From Oscillospiraceae bacterium (GTDB lineage: Bacteria; Bacillota; Clostridia; Oscillospirales; Ruminococcaceae), in NCBI GenBank assembly GCA_036667055.1, contig JAVWUR010000002.1:1-55528 (forward strand): a stretch of DNA of 55,528 nt. The letters run 5' to 3'. Shown piece after piece: positions 45,596 through 54,313 of the stretch (position 1 is the stretch's first letter; every line of letters begins with the position of its first letter). The notes beneath the pieces were generated by a model. That model was not told where the DNA came from and did no database searches. It worked only from the letters and a program-made list of their open reading frames with translations. A program made the translations under genes and the position numbers.

Positions 45596-46276
45596 ATGCC
45601 GGAAATGCAGGAGAAAATAAAGGAAAAGCTTTTTTCTCTAGGGGTGAGTGACCTAGGGTTTTGTACCGTTTGTGACGGTTTATCAGGGCTTAAAAATGCG
45701 GTGAGCATAGTGGTACGTCTGTCCGACGCCATTGTGGACGAGATAGGGGACAAGCCCACCCACACCTATTTTAACCACTATCGCACTGTGAATTCTTACA
45801 TTGATGCCTGCCTACTACAAACCGGTATTTTATTACAGCAAAACGGATATAAATACATAACTGTAGCCGCAAGCCAAAGCATAAATGATGAAGGCTGGAG
45901 CTATCGTGGTCGGTATTCCCACAAAAAGGCGGCGGTGCTGGCGGGGCTTGGCACTATAGGGAAATCTTGCTTGTTCCTCCATAAGGATTTTGGGGCGAGG
46001 GTACGCCTTGGCACCATTTTTACCGACTGCCCCTTTGAGGGCAACACAAAGTTGGCGCTGTCCCCTTGCGCAAGCTGCGACATCTGCAAAAAGCTTTGTC
46101 CAAGCGGCGCTATATCGGGAAAAAATTGGTCAGAGGAGATGGAGAGAGAGGACTTTTTTAAAGCTAATCTGTGCAGTGAATATATGAAAAGAGAGTTTAA
46201 GGGGATTGGCAGAGGAGCTGTGTGCGGAATTTGCATAGCCCACTGCCCTTATGGGGGAGGAAAATATGGGTTATGA
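45596..46276 (+). CDS. QueG-like 4Fe-4S double-cluster protein (short epoxyqueuosine-reductase-related form)
   Basis: 226 aa. Two ferredoxin-type motifs, CASCDICKKLCP and CGICIAHCP. GLGTIGKSCLFLH resembles the QueG core. It is shorter than canonical QueG. Confidence 0.55.
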   Translation: MPEMQEKIKEKLFSLGVSDLGFCTVCDGLSGLKNAVSIVVRLSDAIVDEIGDKPTHTYFNHYRTVNSYIDACLLQTGILLQQNGYKYITVAASQSINDEGWSYRGRYSHKKAAVLAGLGTIGKSCLFLHKDFGARVRLGTIFTDCPFEGNTKLALSPCASCDICKKLCPSGAISGKNWSEEMEREDFFKANLCSEYMKREFKGIGRGAVCGICIAHCPYGGGKYGL

Positions 46277-46544
46277 CCTGCACATCTCAGACAAAATACG
46301 CAACATTGGCAAGGACGCTAAGCCCCCTAAACGGTTAGTGGGAATTAGAATGACCGCAATGTGCTTTATGCTAACCATTGCAGCGTACTTTTTTGTCAGC
46401 GCCCAATTACCCGATGGTGCGGCGAAAATCATGCCTAAAATTCAAATAAAATCCCCTATGCTAGTGGTGATTGCAGTGCTTTTATTGGTGCTGTGTGTGC
46501 TGCTTGCCATCTTAATAAAGGTTATAAAAGACAAAAAGCAATAG
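46266..46544 (+). CDS. small two-TM membrane protein, unknown function
   Basis: 92 aa from ATG 46266, preceded by GGGGGAGG (46252-46259). Overlaps the end of the upstream gene. Confidence 0.5.
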   Translation: MGYDLHISDKIRNIGKDAKPPKRLVGIRMTAMCFMLTIAAYFFVSAQLPDGAAKIMPKIQIKSPMLVVIAVLLLVLCVLLAILIKVIKDKKQ

Positions 46545-46590
46545 TACATGGCAGAGAAAATCCAATAAAAGGCTTGCAAGCAAAACAAGA

Positions 46591-46696
46591 TAAAGCAATC
46601 CACAATAGAGCAATCCATAATAGAGCAATCCACACTAAAGCAAGCCACACTAAAGCAAGCACAATAAAGAAATCCATAATAAAGCAACCTATAAGT
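46591..46696. repeat. 15-nt tandem array, 7 units, consensus TARAGCAAKCCAYAM
   Basis: Units start at 46591, 46606, 46621, 46636, 46651 (14 nt), 46665 and 46680. For example: TAAAGCAATCCACAA, TAGAGCAATCCATAA, TAGAGCAATCCACAC, TAAAGCAAGCCACAC. Confidence 0.9.
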
Positions 46697-46762
46697 TAGG
46701 CTACTTTAATAAACCACAGTGCAGATGCAGTGTCTGCCTACAAAATTAACAAAGGGGTTAAT

Positions 46763-47914
46763 ATGAAAGAAAAAAAAGCGGTATCACTTGAAACTTACCT
46801 TATGCTGGCGGCATTTATCGGCGTTTTCGGGTTTCTAGGCTCTCAAATGGGCATGGGAAATCTGTTCAACACTATTATGAACACCGCTCATGACCTGTTA
46901 CTCAACACAGTGTTCTTTATTATGGCGATATCCGTTGTCACCGGGGCGCTGTCCACTCTGCTGGCAGAATTTGGGGGAATAGCCCTTTTAAACAAGCTTA
47001 TATCCCCTTTAATGCGCCCCTTGTACGGTCTGCCCGGTGCGGCATCGCTGGGGGTTGTGTCCACATTCGTTTCCGACAATCCGGCAATTTTAGCGCTTAC
47101 AAAAAATGATAAATTTATTAAATACTTTAAAGAGTATCAAATTCCGGCGCTGTGCAATCTTGGCACTAGCTTTGGAATGGGCATGATACTAGTTACATAT
47201 ATGATGGGTCTGCCCTTGGAGGGCGTGATGTTCGCTGCGCCCATCGGAGTGCTAGGGGCGTGTATCGGCAGCGTTGTGTCGGTGCGTCTTATGCTGGACA
47301 AAACAAAAAAGCACTATGGCATCACAAGGGAAGAATCTAAAAAAGACCACTCACTAAAATCCGACGTAAAGATGGGGGAGGAAACCCGCACCGTTCACGG
47401 CTCGGTGATGGAGAGAATACTCAACGCTATCTTGGAGGGTGGCAAAACCGGTGTGGATTTAGGATTTGCCATCATTCCGGGGGTGCTGTGCATCTGTACC
47501 TTTGTCATGATACTCACCTTTGGCCCATCGGAAACAGGATTTACAGGTGCTGCCTATGAAGGAATTGCACTGCTGCCAAAATTCGGCGCTGTAATCGAGC
47601 CGATAACACGGGTTTTGTTTGGCTTTAAAGACCCAAGCAACATCGCTTTTCCAATAACAAGCCTTGGGGCAACTGGGGCGGCAATGGCGCTAGTGCCGAA
47701 AATGATTCAGACCGGAGCGGCTGGGCTAAACGAAATTGCAGTGTTCACAGCCATGGGTATGTGCTGGTCGGGATATCTTTCCACACATATTTCCATGATG
47801 GATGCTTTGGATAAAAGACAGTTTATAAAGGACGCCATTCTATCCCACACGGTGGGAGGGCTATGTGCCGGAGTTGCGGCGCACTATATATTTGTGCTGG
47901 TGAGTATGCTGTAA
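46763..47914 (+). CDS. polytopic membrane protein with nucleoside-recognition (Gate)-like domains
   Basis: 383 aa from ATG 46763 (AAAGGGG RBS). LISPLMRPLYGLPGAASLGVVSTFVSDNPAI resembles the Gate-domain motif. Confidence 0.45.
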   Translation: MKEKKAVSLETYLMLAAFIGVFGFLGSQMGMGNLFNTIMNTAHDLLLNTVFFIMAISVVTGALSTLLAEFGGIALLNKLISPLMRPLYGLPGAASLGVVSTFVSDNPAILALTKNDKFIKYFKEYQIPALCNLGTSFGMGMILVTYMMGLPLEGVMFAAPIGVLGACIGSVVSVRLMLDKTKKHYGITREESKKDHSLKSDVKMGEETRTVHGSVMERILNAILEGGKTGVDLGFAIIPGVLCICTFVMILTFGPSETGFTGAAYEGIALLPKFGAVIEPITRVLFGFKDPSNIAFPITSLGATGAAMALVPKMIQTGAAGLNEIAVFTAMGMCWSGYLSTHISMMDALDKRQFIKDAILSHTVGGLCAGVAAHYIFVLVSML

Positions 47915-47937
47915 ACCATTGAATAGGAGATGTGAGT

Positions 47938-48696
47938 ATGGATCGGAATATTCAAAAATCCATCGTTAAATTAGACAAAATTCAAGATAAACTTTTAAAC
48001 AAGGTGGAAAAAGAAAGCCAATTAAAGGGCAAAATTTACGAAAAAGTTCCCATGAAATTGTGCGATACTCTAGAAACTGCATTTGCAAAGGCCTTTGAGC
48101 TGGTCTTTTTACACGGCACAGGAGTGATAGAAAAGACCTTTGATAAGGTTGTCTTAGCTTCAGAATTTAATAAAAATGATTATATTGCCGACATTAAAGG
48201 GAACAAAAAAAGTCTTAATGGGGTGGATAAGCCAGCCGCAAAAAGCAACGCTGCAAACAGCCTTATCGCCACATTTTCGGGGCTAGGGCTTGGCGCACTA
48301 GGCATAGGCGTGCCGGACATTCCAATTTTTGTGGGAACAATTTTAAAGGGCGTGTACCAAATTGCAGTAAGCTATGGCTTTTCCTATGACACAGATATAG
48401 AAAAAATTTACATATTGCGCCTTATCCGCACGGCGGTGTCAACGGGTGATAAAAAGCTAAGATACAACACCCAGCTTGAAAATATCACAGGGCAGACAGC
48501 ACAGCTAAAGGAAGAAATTGCCATAACCGCTAAGGTGCTTTCTGATGCCATGCTGGTGGAGAAATTTGTTCAAGGACTACCTATAGTAGGGGTAGTTGGT
48601 GGATATTTTAACCATCAGGTGTACAAAAAGATTGCAAAGCTTGGGGTGATAAAGTATAAAAAGCGATATCTGCGGCAAAAACTCGGGGAAAATTAG
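47938..48696 (+). CDS. EcsC family protein
   Basis: 252 aa. Blocks GLGLGALGIGVPDIPIFVGTILKGVYQIAVSYGF and QGLPIVGVVGGYFNHQVYKKI...YKKRYLRQKL parallel the conserved blocks of B. subtilis EcsC. ATG 47938 has better RBS spacing than GTG 47932. Confidence 0.7.
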   Translation: MDRNIQKSIVKLDKIQDKLLNKVEKESQLKGKIYEKVPMKLCDTLETAFAKAFELVFLHGTGVIEKTFDKVVLASEFNKNDYIADIKGNKKSLNGVDKPAAKSNAANSLIATFSGLGLGALGIGVPDIPIFVGTILKGVYQIAVSYGFSYDTDIEKIYILRLIRTAVSTGDKKLRYNTQLENITGQTAQLKEEIAITAKVLSDAMLVEKFVQGLPIVGVVGGYFNHQVYKKIAKLGVIKYKKRYLRQKLGEN

Positions 48697-48778
48697 CTGA
48701 ATAACATACAGTATAAATGTGGTAAAAAATAACAAAAGTAAGGGGCGGCGGTGGTTAGGACATACGCAACGTATTACA

Positions 48779-49477
48779 ATGAGTATAAAATATGACCTGC
48801 ATATACATTCCTGCCTCTCCCCTTGCGGAGATGATGAGATGACCCCTGCCAGCATTGCCGGAATGGCACATCTGACAGGTTTAAAGCTTATTGCCCTAAC
48901 TGACCACAATACCGCCGCCAATCTACCGGCTATTTCTGCGGCGTGTGAGGAGTACGGTATTGGGGTTTTATATGGGCTAGAGGTATGTACTAGTGAGGAA
49001 ATTCACATTTTATGTTATTTTAACCGCCTTGAAAGTGCCATGTCCTTCGGGGATTATATCGAAAGCAATATGCCGAAAATAAAAAACAAGCCGGAGGTTT
49101 ATGGCAATCAAATTGTAATGGACAGCCAAGACAATATTATACGCACTGTAGAAAATCTTTTAATATTGGGCTGTGCCCTTTCCTGCTATGAAATTGTTGA
49201 ACACTGCCATGAAATGGGCGGCGTTTGCTACTGGGCGCACATCGACCGAGACAGCTTTTCCGTTATAAGCGTGCTAGGCACTGTGCCCCTTGACATCAAA
49301 GCAGATGGGGTGGAGATATACGATTTGGCTTGCCGCACTCAGCTGATAGCGCAGGGGCACATCACAAAGGACACCCCCTATCTTTCCAGCTCCGATGCTC
49401 ATTATCTGTGGCTTATTGGGGAAAATAACCAAGTTATGGAGGAAAATCACCCTCTATATCCCTTTATTTTAGGATAA
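48779..49477 (+). CDS. PHP (polymerase/histidinol phosphatase) domain metal-dependent phosphoesterase
   Basis: 232 aa from ATG 48779. Blocks YDLHIHSCLSPCGD, ALTDHN and WAHIDRD. Confidence 0.75.
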   Translation: MSIKYDLHIHSCLSPCGDDEMTPASIAGMAHLTGLKLIALTDHNTAANLPAISAACEEYGIGVLYGLEVCTSEEIHILCYFNRLESAMSFGDYIESNMPKIKNKPEVYGNQIVMDSQDNIIRTVENLLILGCALSCYEIVEHCHEMGGVCYWAHIDRDSFSVISVLGTVPLDIKADGVEIYDLACRTQLIAQGHITKDTPYLSSSDAHYLWLIGENNQVMEENHPLYPFILG

Positions 49478-49624
49478 GCTGTGAGGATAAACTTTTATTT
49501 TCACCTTTTTGCCATTTACTTTATGGGGAAAATGTAGTAGAATAATATATCAATAAGGAATTTATAATTTATTTTGGCACAGTCCAAAACAAAGATTAAT
49601 GGGCAGCCAAAGGAATGGTGAAAT

Positions 49625-49903
49625 ATGTACGGTATGACAAATTTTTTTAGTAGCGGTTTATTTGTGATGGGGTTTACCACACGCTTTATCATCGCTCTTG
49701 TAATTTTAAGCTATCTTTACTCAAAAAACAAATCGGATAAAAATCTCAAACGAGGGATGACCGTTTTGGTGGTATTTGGAGTAGTTGTCTTTATACTAAG
49801 CATCCTTTTTGTACTCATGCTAGTTTCCATAGGCGGAGTCGGTGCGCTTTTAGGGGGCTTATTTGGAAATTTTAACGGTATTGGCTACTACCTGCACCAC
49901 TGA
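49625..49903 (+). CDS. small membrane protein, unknown function
   Basis: 92 aa. Two to three hydrophobic helices and a Gly-rich C-terminus. Confidence 0.45.
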   Translation: MYGMTNFFSSGLFVMGFTTRFIIALVILSYLYSKNKSDKNLKRGMTVLVVFGVVVFILSILFVLMLVSIGGVGALLGGLFGNFNGIGYYLHH

Positions 49904-49930
49904 TTACCAAAGCAATAACAAACAAAACCT

Positions 49931-49968
49931 ATCTGCACCTTGTTTTGCATAGGTGCAGATTTTCATTT
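49931..49968 (+). terminator. intrinsic terminator-like hairpin directly upstream of the next gene's RBS
   Basis: Perfect 10-bp stem ATCTGCACCT (49931-49940) pairs with AGGTGCAGAT (49951-49960), followed by TTTCATTT. Confidence 0.6.
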
Positions 49969-49983
49969 GAAAAAGAGGTCTTT

Positions 49984-50712
49984 ATGGCACAGGCAACCTT
50001 TAGCTACTCTCTATGTGTAGAGGGCAACGATATTGACGCAAAAAATGCCCAGCGTGTTCAGGTGGGGGAGGCTCTTACCCTGAAACGGATGGAGGATGAA
50101 TTTGACACCTTTGAGCTAGTGGTGTGCACATTGGGGGGCAAGGAATTGGATATGCTGTCCTACCCTGAGAGTGTGGGCATTGCCCCGTTTTTAGACGATG
50201 GCACGGTACAGCTTGTGGCGAGCTCCGTGACTAGCGCAACCATGATTCCGGGCAAAACCCGCAGCAAGGACAGGACACGGCTAACCTTTAACTTTACCTT
50301 TCAGTATGACGAAAAAGCTGTGACGGAGTTCTTGGGCGGCGCTAATGTCCATGGGTTTATGCCCACACAGGACGTGTTTTTTGCCCTGTGCTTATATCGC
50401 TGTCTTGATTATGACGAGCAAATAATTTCCCAGACCCATAAAAACCGCTATGAGTTTGAGGTGGACTTGGATGATGATACCAAGCCATTTTTTGAAGTTC
50501 CCTTTGGTGAGGGCGATTATTTTTACGTGGTAGAGGCGCTTTTTAACGAGGAGTTCACCCAGTGTAAAATGAGCGGAAAAATCTATTCGGACAGTGAACA
50601 ATACCCTATTGAGCTGCTTGAAAATGACTGTGACCGAATGTTACTTTTAATAAATCATTACCGCATTTTTGGGGATGAAGACCCAATAAAAGCTTGCGAA
50701 ATAGTATTTTAG
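49984..50712 (+). CDS. hypothetical protein with N-terminal HIRAN-like domain
   Basis: 242 aa from ATG 49984 (AAGAGG RBS). VQVGEALTLKRMEDEFDTFELVVCTLGGKELDMLSYPESVGIAPFLDDG follows the HIRAN pattern. The C-terminal half is unassigned. Confidence 0.4.
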   Translation: MAQATFSYSLCVEGNDIDAKNAQRVQVGEALTLKRMEDEFDTFELVVCTLGGKELDMLSYPESVGIAPFLDDGTVQLVASSVTSATMIPGKTRSKDRTRLTFNFTFQYDEKAVTEFLGGANVHGFMPTQDVFFALCLYRCLDYDEQIISQTHKNRYEFEVDLDDDTKPFFEVPFGEGDYFYVVEALFNEEFTQCKMSGKIYSDSEQYPIELLENDCDRMLLLINHYRIFGDEDPIKACEIVF

Positions 50713-50730
50713 CAAAGGAGAGTTGCCCTT

Positions 50731-51879
50731 ATGTCAACGGAAAAGCTTTACTACGAAAATTCATATCTTGCCGATTTTTCTGGGGTTGTCACCGGATGTA
50801 CACAGGAAAAAGGTCGGTTTGCAATAACCCTTGACCGCACAGCCTTCTACCCTGAAGGGGGCGGACAGCCCTGTGATATAGGTTATATTTTAGTGGGCGA
50901 AAATAGAGTGGACATTGTGGAGGTGCGGGAAAAGCAGGGGGAAATTTACCACTATTCGGACAGCCCTGTGCCCATTGGAAACGCCATTTTAGGGTTTATA
51001 GATTTTGACCGACGGTTTGATTTAATGCAGCAGCACACGGGGGAGCACATTTTATCCGGCCTAGTAAAGCAGGAATATGGCTTTGACAATGTTGGCTTTC
51101 ATCTCACACCCAAGGATATGTCGGTGGATTTTAGCGGAGCGCTCACCCCAAGGGACATTGAAGGGCTAATGGAAAAGGCAAATGCTATAGTGCTCAAAAA
51201 CCAGTCCGTGACCGCCGAATTTCCAAAAAATGTTGAAACCCTTAGCTATCGCAGCAAAAAAGAACTGTCGGGGGCTATACGTATCGTCACAGCAGGCACA
51301 GCGGATATCTGCGCTTGCTGCGGCACTCACACCGCCACCACAGGGGAAGTTACCTGTATCGCCGCCCTTGACAGCATGAGCTACAAAGGGGGCACAAGAA
51401 TTTTCATGGCGTGCGGCAAGCGAGCTTTTAAGGACTATATGGAAAAAAATCAGCGCTGTTATGGGATAAGTCACCTGCTCTCCAGTAAAGTTGAGGAGAT
51501 TGTTCCGGCTGTTGAGGGGAAAATGGCAGAGGTTGAGCGGCTAAAGCAGGAGCTTTACGCCATGAAAAACCAACTGTTTTCCTTGTGGATAAAGGATATA
51601 CCAAGTGGTAAGCTTGGGTATTTTGAGACAGAGGGGCTGACACCGGGAGAGCTGCAAAAGCTAGCGCAGCTCATAAACGAAAAGTGCGCCATCGCCTGTG
51701 CGGTTGCAAGGCAGGGGGATGGCAGCCGCAAGGTTTGCATAATAAGCACCGAGTTTGACACCAATATTTTAGGGCGCAGTGTCTGCGAGGCGCTATCGGG
51801 CAAGGGCGGCGGCAAACTCGGAATTTTTCAATGCACCGTGGTAAAGGAAGGCAGCATAGAAAATATAGTTAATATATAA
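50731..51879 (+). CDS. alaX: alanyl-tRNA editing protein (AlaX-L-like, AlaRS second-additional-domain family)
   Basis: 382 aa. Zinc/editing motifs HTGEHILSG and CCGTH. N-terminal TAFYPEGGGQPCD block. Confidence 0.8.
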   Translation: MSTEKLYYENSYLADFSGVVTGCTQEKGRFAITLDRTAFYPEGGGQPCDIGYILVGENRVDIVEVREKQGEIYHYSDSPVPIGNAILGFIDFDRRFDLMQQHTGEHILSGLVKQEYGFDNVGFHLTPKDMSVDFSGALTPRDIEGLMEKANAIVLKNQSVTAEFPKNVETLSYRSKKELSGAIRIVTAGTADICACCGTHTATTGEVTCIAALDSMSYKGGTRIFMACGKRAFKDYMEKNQRCYGISHLLSSKVEEIVPAVEGKMAEVERLKQELYAMKNQLFSLWIKDIPSGKLGYFETEGLTPGELQKLAQLINEKCAIACAVARQGDGSRKVCIISTEFDTNILGRSVCEALSGKGGGKLGIFQCTVVKEGSIENIVNI

Positions 51880-51973
51880 AAGCAAACAGTCATATAATGT
51901 TATTTTATATTGGCAGGTTGACGCTCTTTTAATAGCAAACGGAAATTTGGCAGGAATGTTTTGTGGAGGAGTT

Positions 51974-52195
51974 ATGGATTTTTTAAGTGGCATCAAAAGC
52001 TCTGTGGAGACACGGAATGTTTCATATGTGCATCATTTCTCCATAAAGCAGATAGGCAGTAAATTTTATTTATACGCTCACTTTACCTCAAAGGGCGGGG
52101 TAAAATCCACCATTGGACGGTACAACAGCTACACTTTGGCTAAAAAAGCTGTGGACAATATTTTAGATTTGAGGCTTGAAAGCTATGGCTCATAG
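51974..52195 (+). CDS. small hypothetical protein
   Basis: 73 aa from ATG 51974 after GGAGGAG, although the spacing is short. Overlaps the rsmE start. No recognisable motif. Confidence 0.3.
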   Translation: MDFLSGIKSSVETRNVSYVHHFSIKQIGSKFYLYAHFTSKGGVKSTIGRYNSYTLAKKAVDNILDLRLESYGS

Positions 52196-52910
52196 ATATT
52201 TTTTAAGCGAGATAAACGGCACTACCGCTAAGGTTTTAGGGGAAGAAGCGGTTCACCTTTGCCGTGTTATGAGAATAAAACCCGGTGACGAACTCATATT
52301 ATGTGACAGAGTAGGCTTTGACTATGAATGTCGTGCTGTCAGCGTGACGCAAAGCGAGATAATTTTTGACATTCTAGGACAAAAAATAAATGAAGCAGAG
52401 CCAAAAGCGAACCTCACGGTTTACATGGCGCTGCCCAAAAGCGACAAGCTGGAATTTATCGTTCAGAAGATGTGTGAGCTTGGAGTAAAGAAAATTGTCC
52501 CCTTTGTAAGCGAATTTTGTGTGGCGCAAAAGAGCAAAAAAGAGGGCAACAAGCAGGAGCGGCTACAGAGGATTTCCGATGAAGCGTGTAAGCAGTCGGG
52601 GCGCAGCAGTGCCGCCGAGGTGTGCGAAACACTCACCTTTAAACAGCTTTTGACGGCTATAAAAAACGAGGATAAAGCCCTGTTGTTTTACGAAAACAGT
52701 GGGGATAAATTATGCGATATCAATCTTGACAACACCCAAAAAGTAGGAATTATCATTGGCAGTGAGGGCGGATTTTCTCAAAGAGAAGCGGATATTTTAG
52801 CGGAAAACGGAGCCATCCCCATAGGTCTTGGCAAGCGGATTTTACGGTGTGAAACGGCGGCGGTAGTAGCGGCGGGCATAGTTATGTATCGCCTTGGTGA
52901 ATTGGAGTAG
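52185..52910 (+). CDS. rsmE: 16S rRNA (uracil1498-N3)-methyltransferase
   Basis: 241 aa from ATG 52185 (GAGG 10 nt upstream). MAHRYFL N-terminus, SPOUT knot blocks IIGSEGGFSQRE and LGKRILRCETA. Confidence 0.85.
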   Translation: MAHRYFLSEINGTTAKVLGEEAVHLCRVMRIKPGDELILCDRVGFDYECRAVSVTQSEIIFDILGQKINEAEPKANLTVYMALPKSDKLEFIVQKMCELGVKKIVPFVSEFCVAQKSKKEGNKQERLQRISDEACKQSGRSSAAEVCETLTFKQLLTAIKNEDKALLFYENSGDKLCDINLDNTQKVGIIIGSEGGFSQREADILAENGAIPIGLGKRILRCETAAVVAAGIVMYRLGELE

Positions 52911-52915
52911 ATTTT

Positions 52916-53764
52916 ATGACACGGGAACAGGCAGAAAAACAAAAAAAACGGAAAAAGCGGCTGTTGAAGCGGCGAATATGGGCGGCGGCAACAATTATTT
53001 CTATAGTTGTGCTTATAGCATTTGCGGTGTGGCTGGCTTTGCCCATGGTAAAAGAGTTTATGAGCAAGCCCTCAGCGGAAAGCCCTCCTCTGTCCTCACC
53101 GGAAATTTCCGAGCCGCCTGTGGAGCCTACGGCGCAGCCGGTTGAAACCCCACAGCCAACACCCGAGCCGATAGTGGAGCTGCCAAAGCCACCGGCAAGC
53201 TGGGAAACTACACTTGTCAACCAATCAAACCCACTGCCTGCTGATTTTACAGTGGAGGTGCGCACAATAAAGGGCACAGAAAAAAACTATGATGTGCGAG
53301 CCGCCGACAGCCTTGAAGCCATGCTGTCCGATGCGGAAAAAGCTGGGTTTAAAATGTATCTTGTGTCCACCTATCGCACGGTAGCCTATCAGCAGGGGCT
53401 TTTTAATCGCAAGATAAATGAGTATAAAAGCGCCGGATACGATGATGCTACCGCAAAGGAAGAAGCGGCAAAATGGGTGGCAGTTCCGGGCTACAGCGAG
53501 CACAATCTAGGCCTTGCCGCCGACATAGTGTCCAGCACTTGGTACAACAATAACAGTGATTTAACCGCCGATTTCGAAAACACCGACCACTTTAATTGGC
53601 TTGTGAACAACTGTACAAAATATGGATTTATACTGCGCTACCCCAAGGGCAAGGAGGCTGTCACAGGGATAACCTACGAGCCATGGCACTATCGCTATGT
53701 AGGGGTGGAGGCAGCAAAATATATAACGGAAAAAGGCATCACATTGGAAGAATTCCACGAATAG
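52916..53764 (+). CDS. D-alanyl-D-alanine carboxypeptidase family protein (VanY/M15B)
   Basis: 282 aa. TM anchor, Pro-rich linker, then the zinc ligand blocks GYSEHNLGLAADI and EPWHYRYVG. Confidence 0.85.
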   Translation: MTREQAEKQKKRKKRLLKRRIWAAATIISIVVLIAFAVWLALPMVKEFMSKPSAESPPLSSPEISEPPVEPTAQPVETPQPTPEPIVELPKPPASWETTLVNQSNPLPADFTVEVRTIKGTEKNYDVRAADSLEAMLSDAEKAGFKMYLVSTYRTVAYQQGLFNRKINEYKSAGYDDATAKEEAAKWVAVPGYSEHNLGLAADIVSSTWYNNNSDLTADFENTDHFNWLVNNCTKYGFILRYPKGKEAVTGITYEPWHYRYVGVEAAKYITEKGITLEEFHE

Positions 53765-53780
53765 AAAGTAGGTTTTAAGC

Positions 53781-54041
53781 ATGGACGAATTACAACAATT
53801 ACGACAGGACATCGACGGCATAGACAGGGAGCTTTTGCGCCTGTTTGAGCAGAGGATGGAGCTTACCAAGAGGGTAGGCGAGATAAAAACGTCGCTGTCA
53901 AAGCCCATTTATGACCGAAAAAGAGAGGAAGAAATTATGCAGAAGGTGTCGGAAAATTCTTCCCCCCATCTGTGCAGCTACTGCTTGGCATTTTTCAGAA
54001 CAATGATGGATTTAAGCAAGGATTACCAAAACGAAAAGTGA
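53781..54041 (+). CDS. monofunctional chorismate mutase (AroQ class)
   Basis: 86 aa. LRQDIDGIDRELLRLFEQRMELTKRVGEIK...PIYDRKREEEI matches the AroQ helix pattern. Confidence 0.8.
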   Translation: MDELQQLRQDIDGIDRELLRLFEQRMELTKRVGEIKTSLSKPIYDRKREEEIMQKVSENSSPHLCSYCLAFFRTMMDLSKDYQNEK

Positions 54042-54136
54042 TGAGAGAGTTCATAGCCCCAAAAAGATACAGGCGCTTTGCCTTGTAGCGGTAAATACAC
54101 AAAAAAGGCACAGGGAAAACTATTGTAAAACAATTT

Positions 54137-54181
54137 AAAGGGGTCAAGACGAAGGAAAAATCGTCTTGACCCCTTTTTTTA
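54137..54181. terminator. strong bidirectional intrinsic terminator
   Basis: 16-bp stem AAAGGGGTCAAGACGA (54137-54152) pairs with TCGTCTTGACCCCTTT (54161-54176), followed by a T-run to 54181. Confidence 0.85.
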
Positions 54182-54313
54182 TTGTCCATTAAATTTCTGC
54201 ACACTGCTATAAATGTTAGATAACCAAGGGGCACAGTGGATATCATTTAAGCCCCCTAGCTATGCTTTTCAAGCCATAATGCCGCAGCTATAGAAAATAC
54301 AGCGGCTAAAGCA

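Noticed and set aside
21811-46696. Whether any of the tandem arrays is a CRISPR array
   Set aside because: Units are contiguous with no unique spacers. Unit lengths (8-39 nt) and copy structure do not fit CRISPR, and the window has no cas genes.
46442-46699. ORFs on both strands across the 15-nt array (AIHNRAIHNRAIH... and CFSVACFSVDC...)
   Set aside because: A 15-nt period keeps any frame open. There is no RBS, and the products are pure repeat peptides. I cannot fully exclude a repeat peptide, but there is no support for one.
52882-53277. 131-aa minus-strand ORF with a Gly/Ser-rich product
   Set aside because: It is antisense to the Pro-rich linker of the VanY-like carboxypeptidase, the same complement-of-proline artefact as at 3287-4065.
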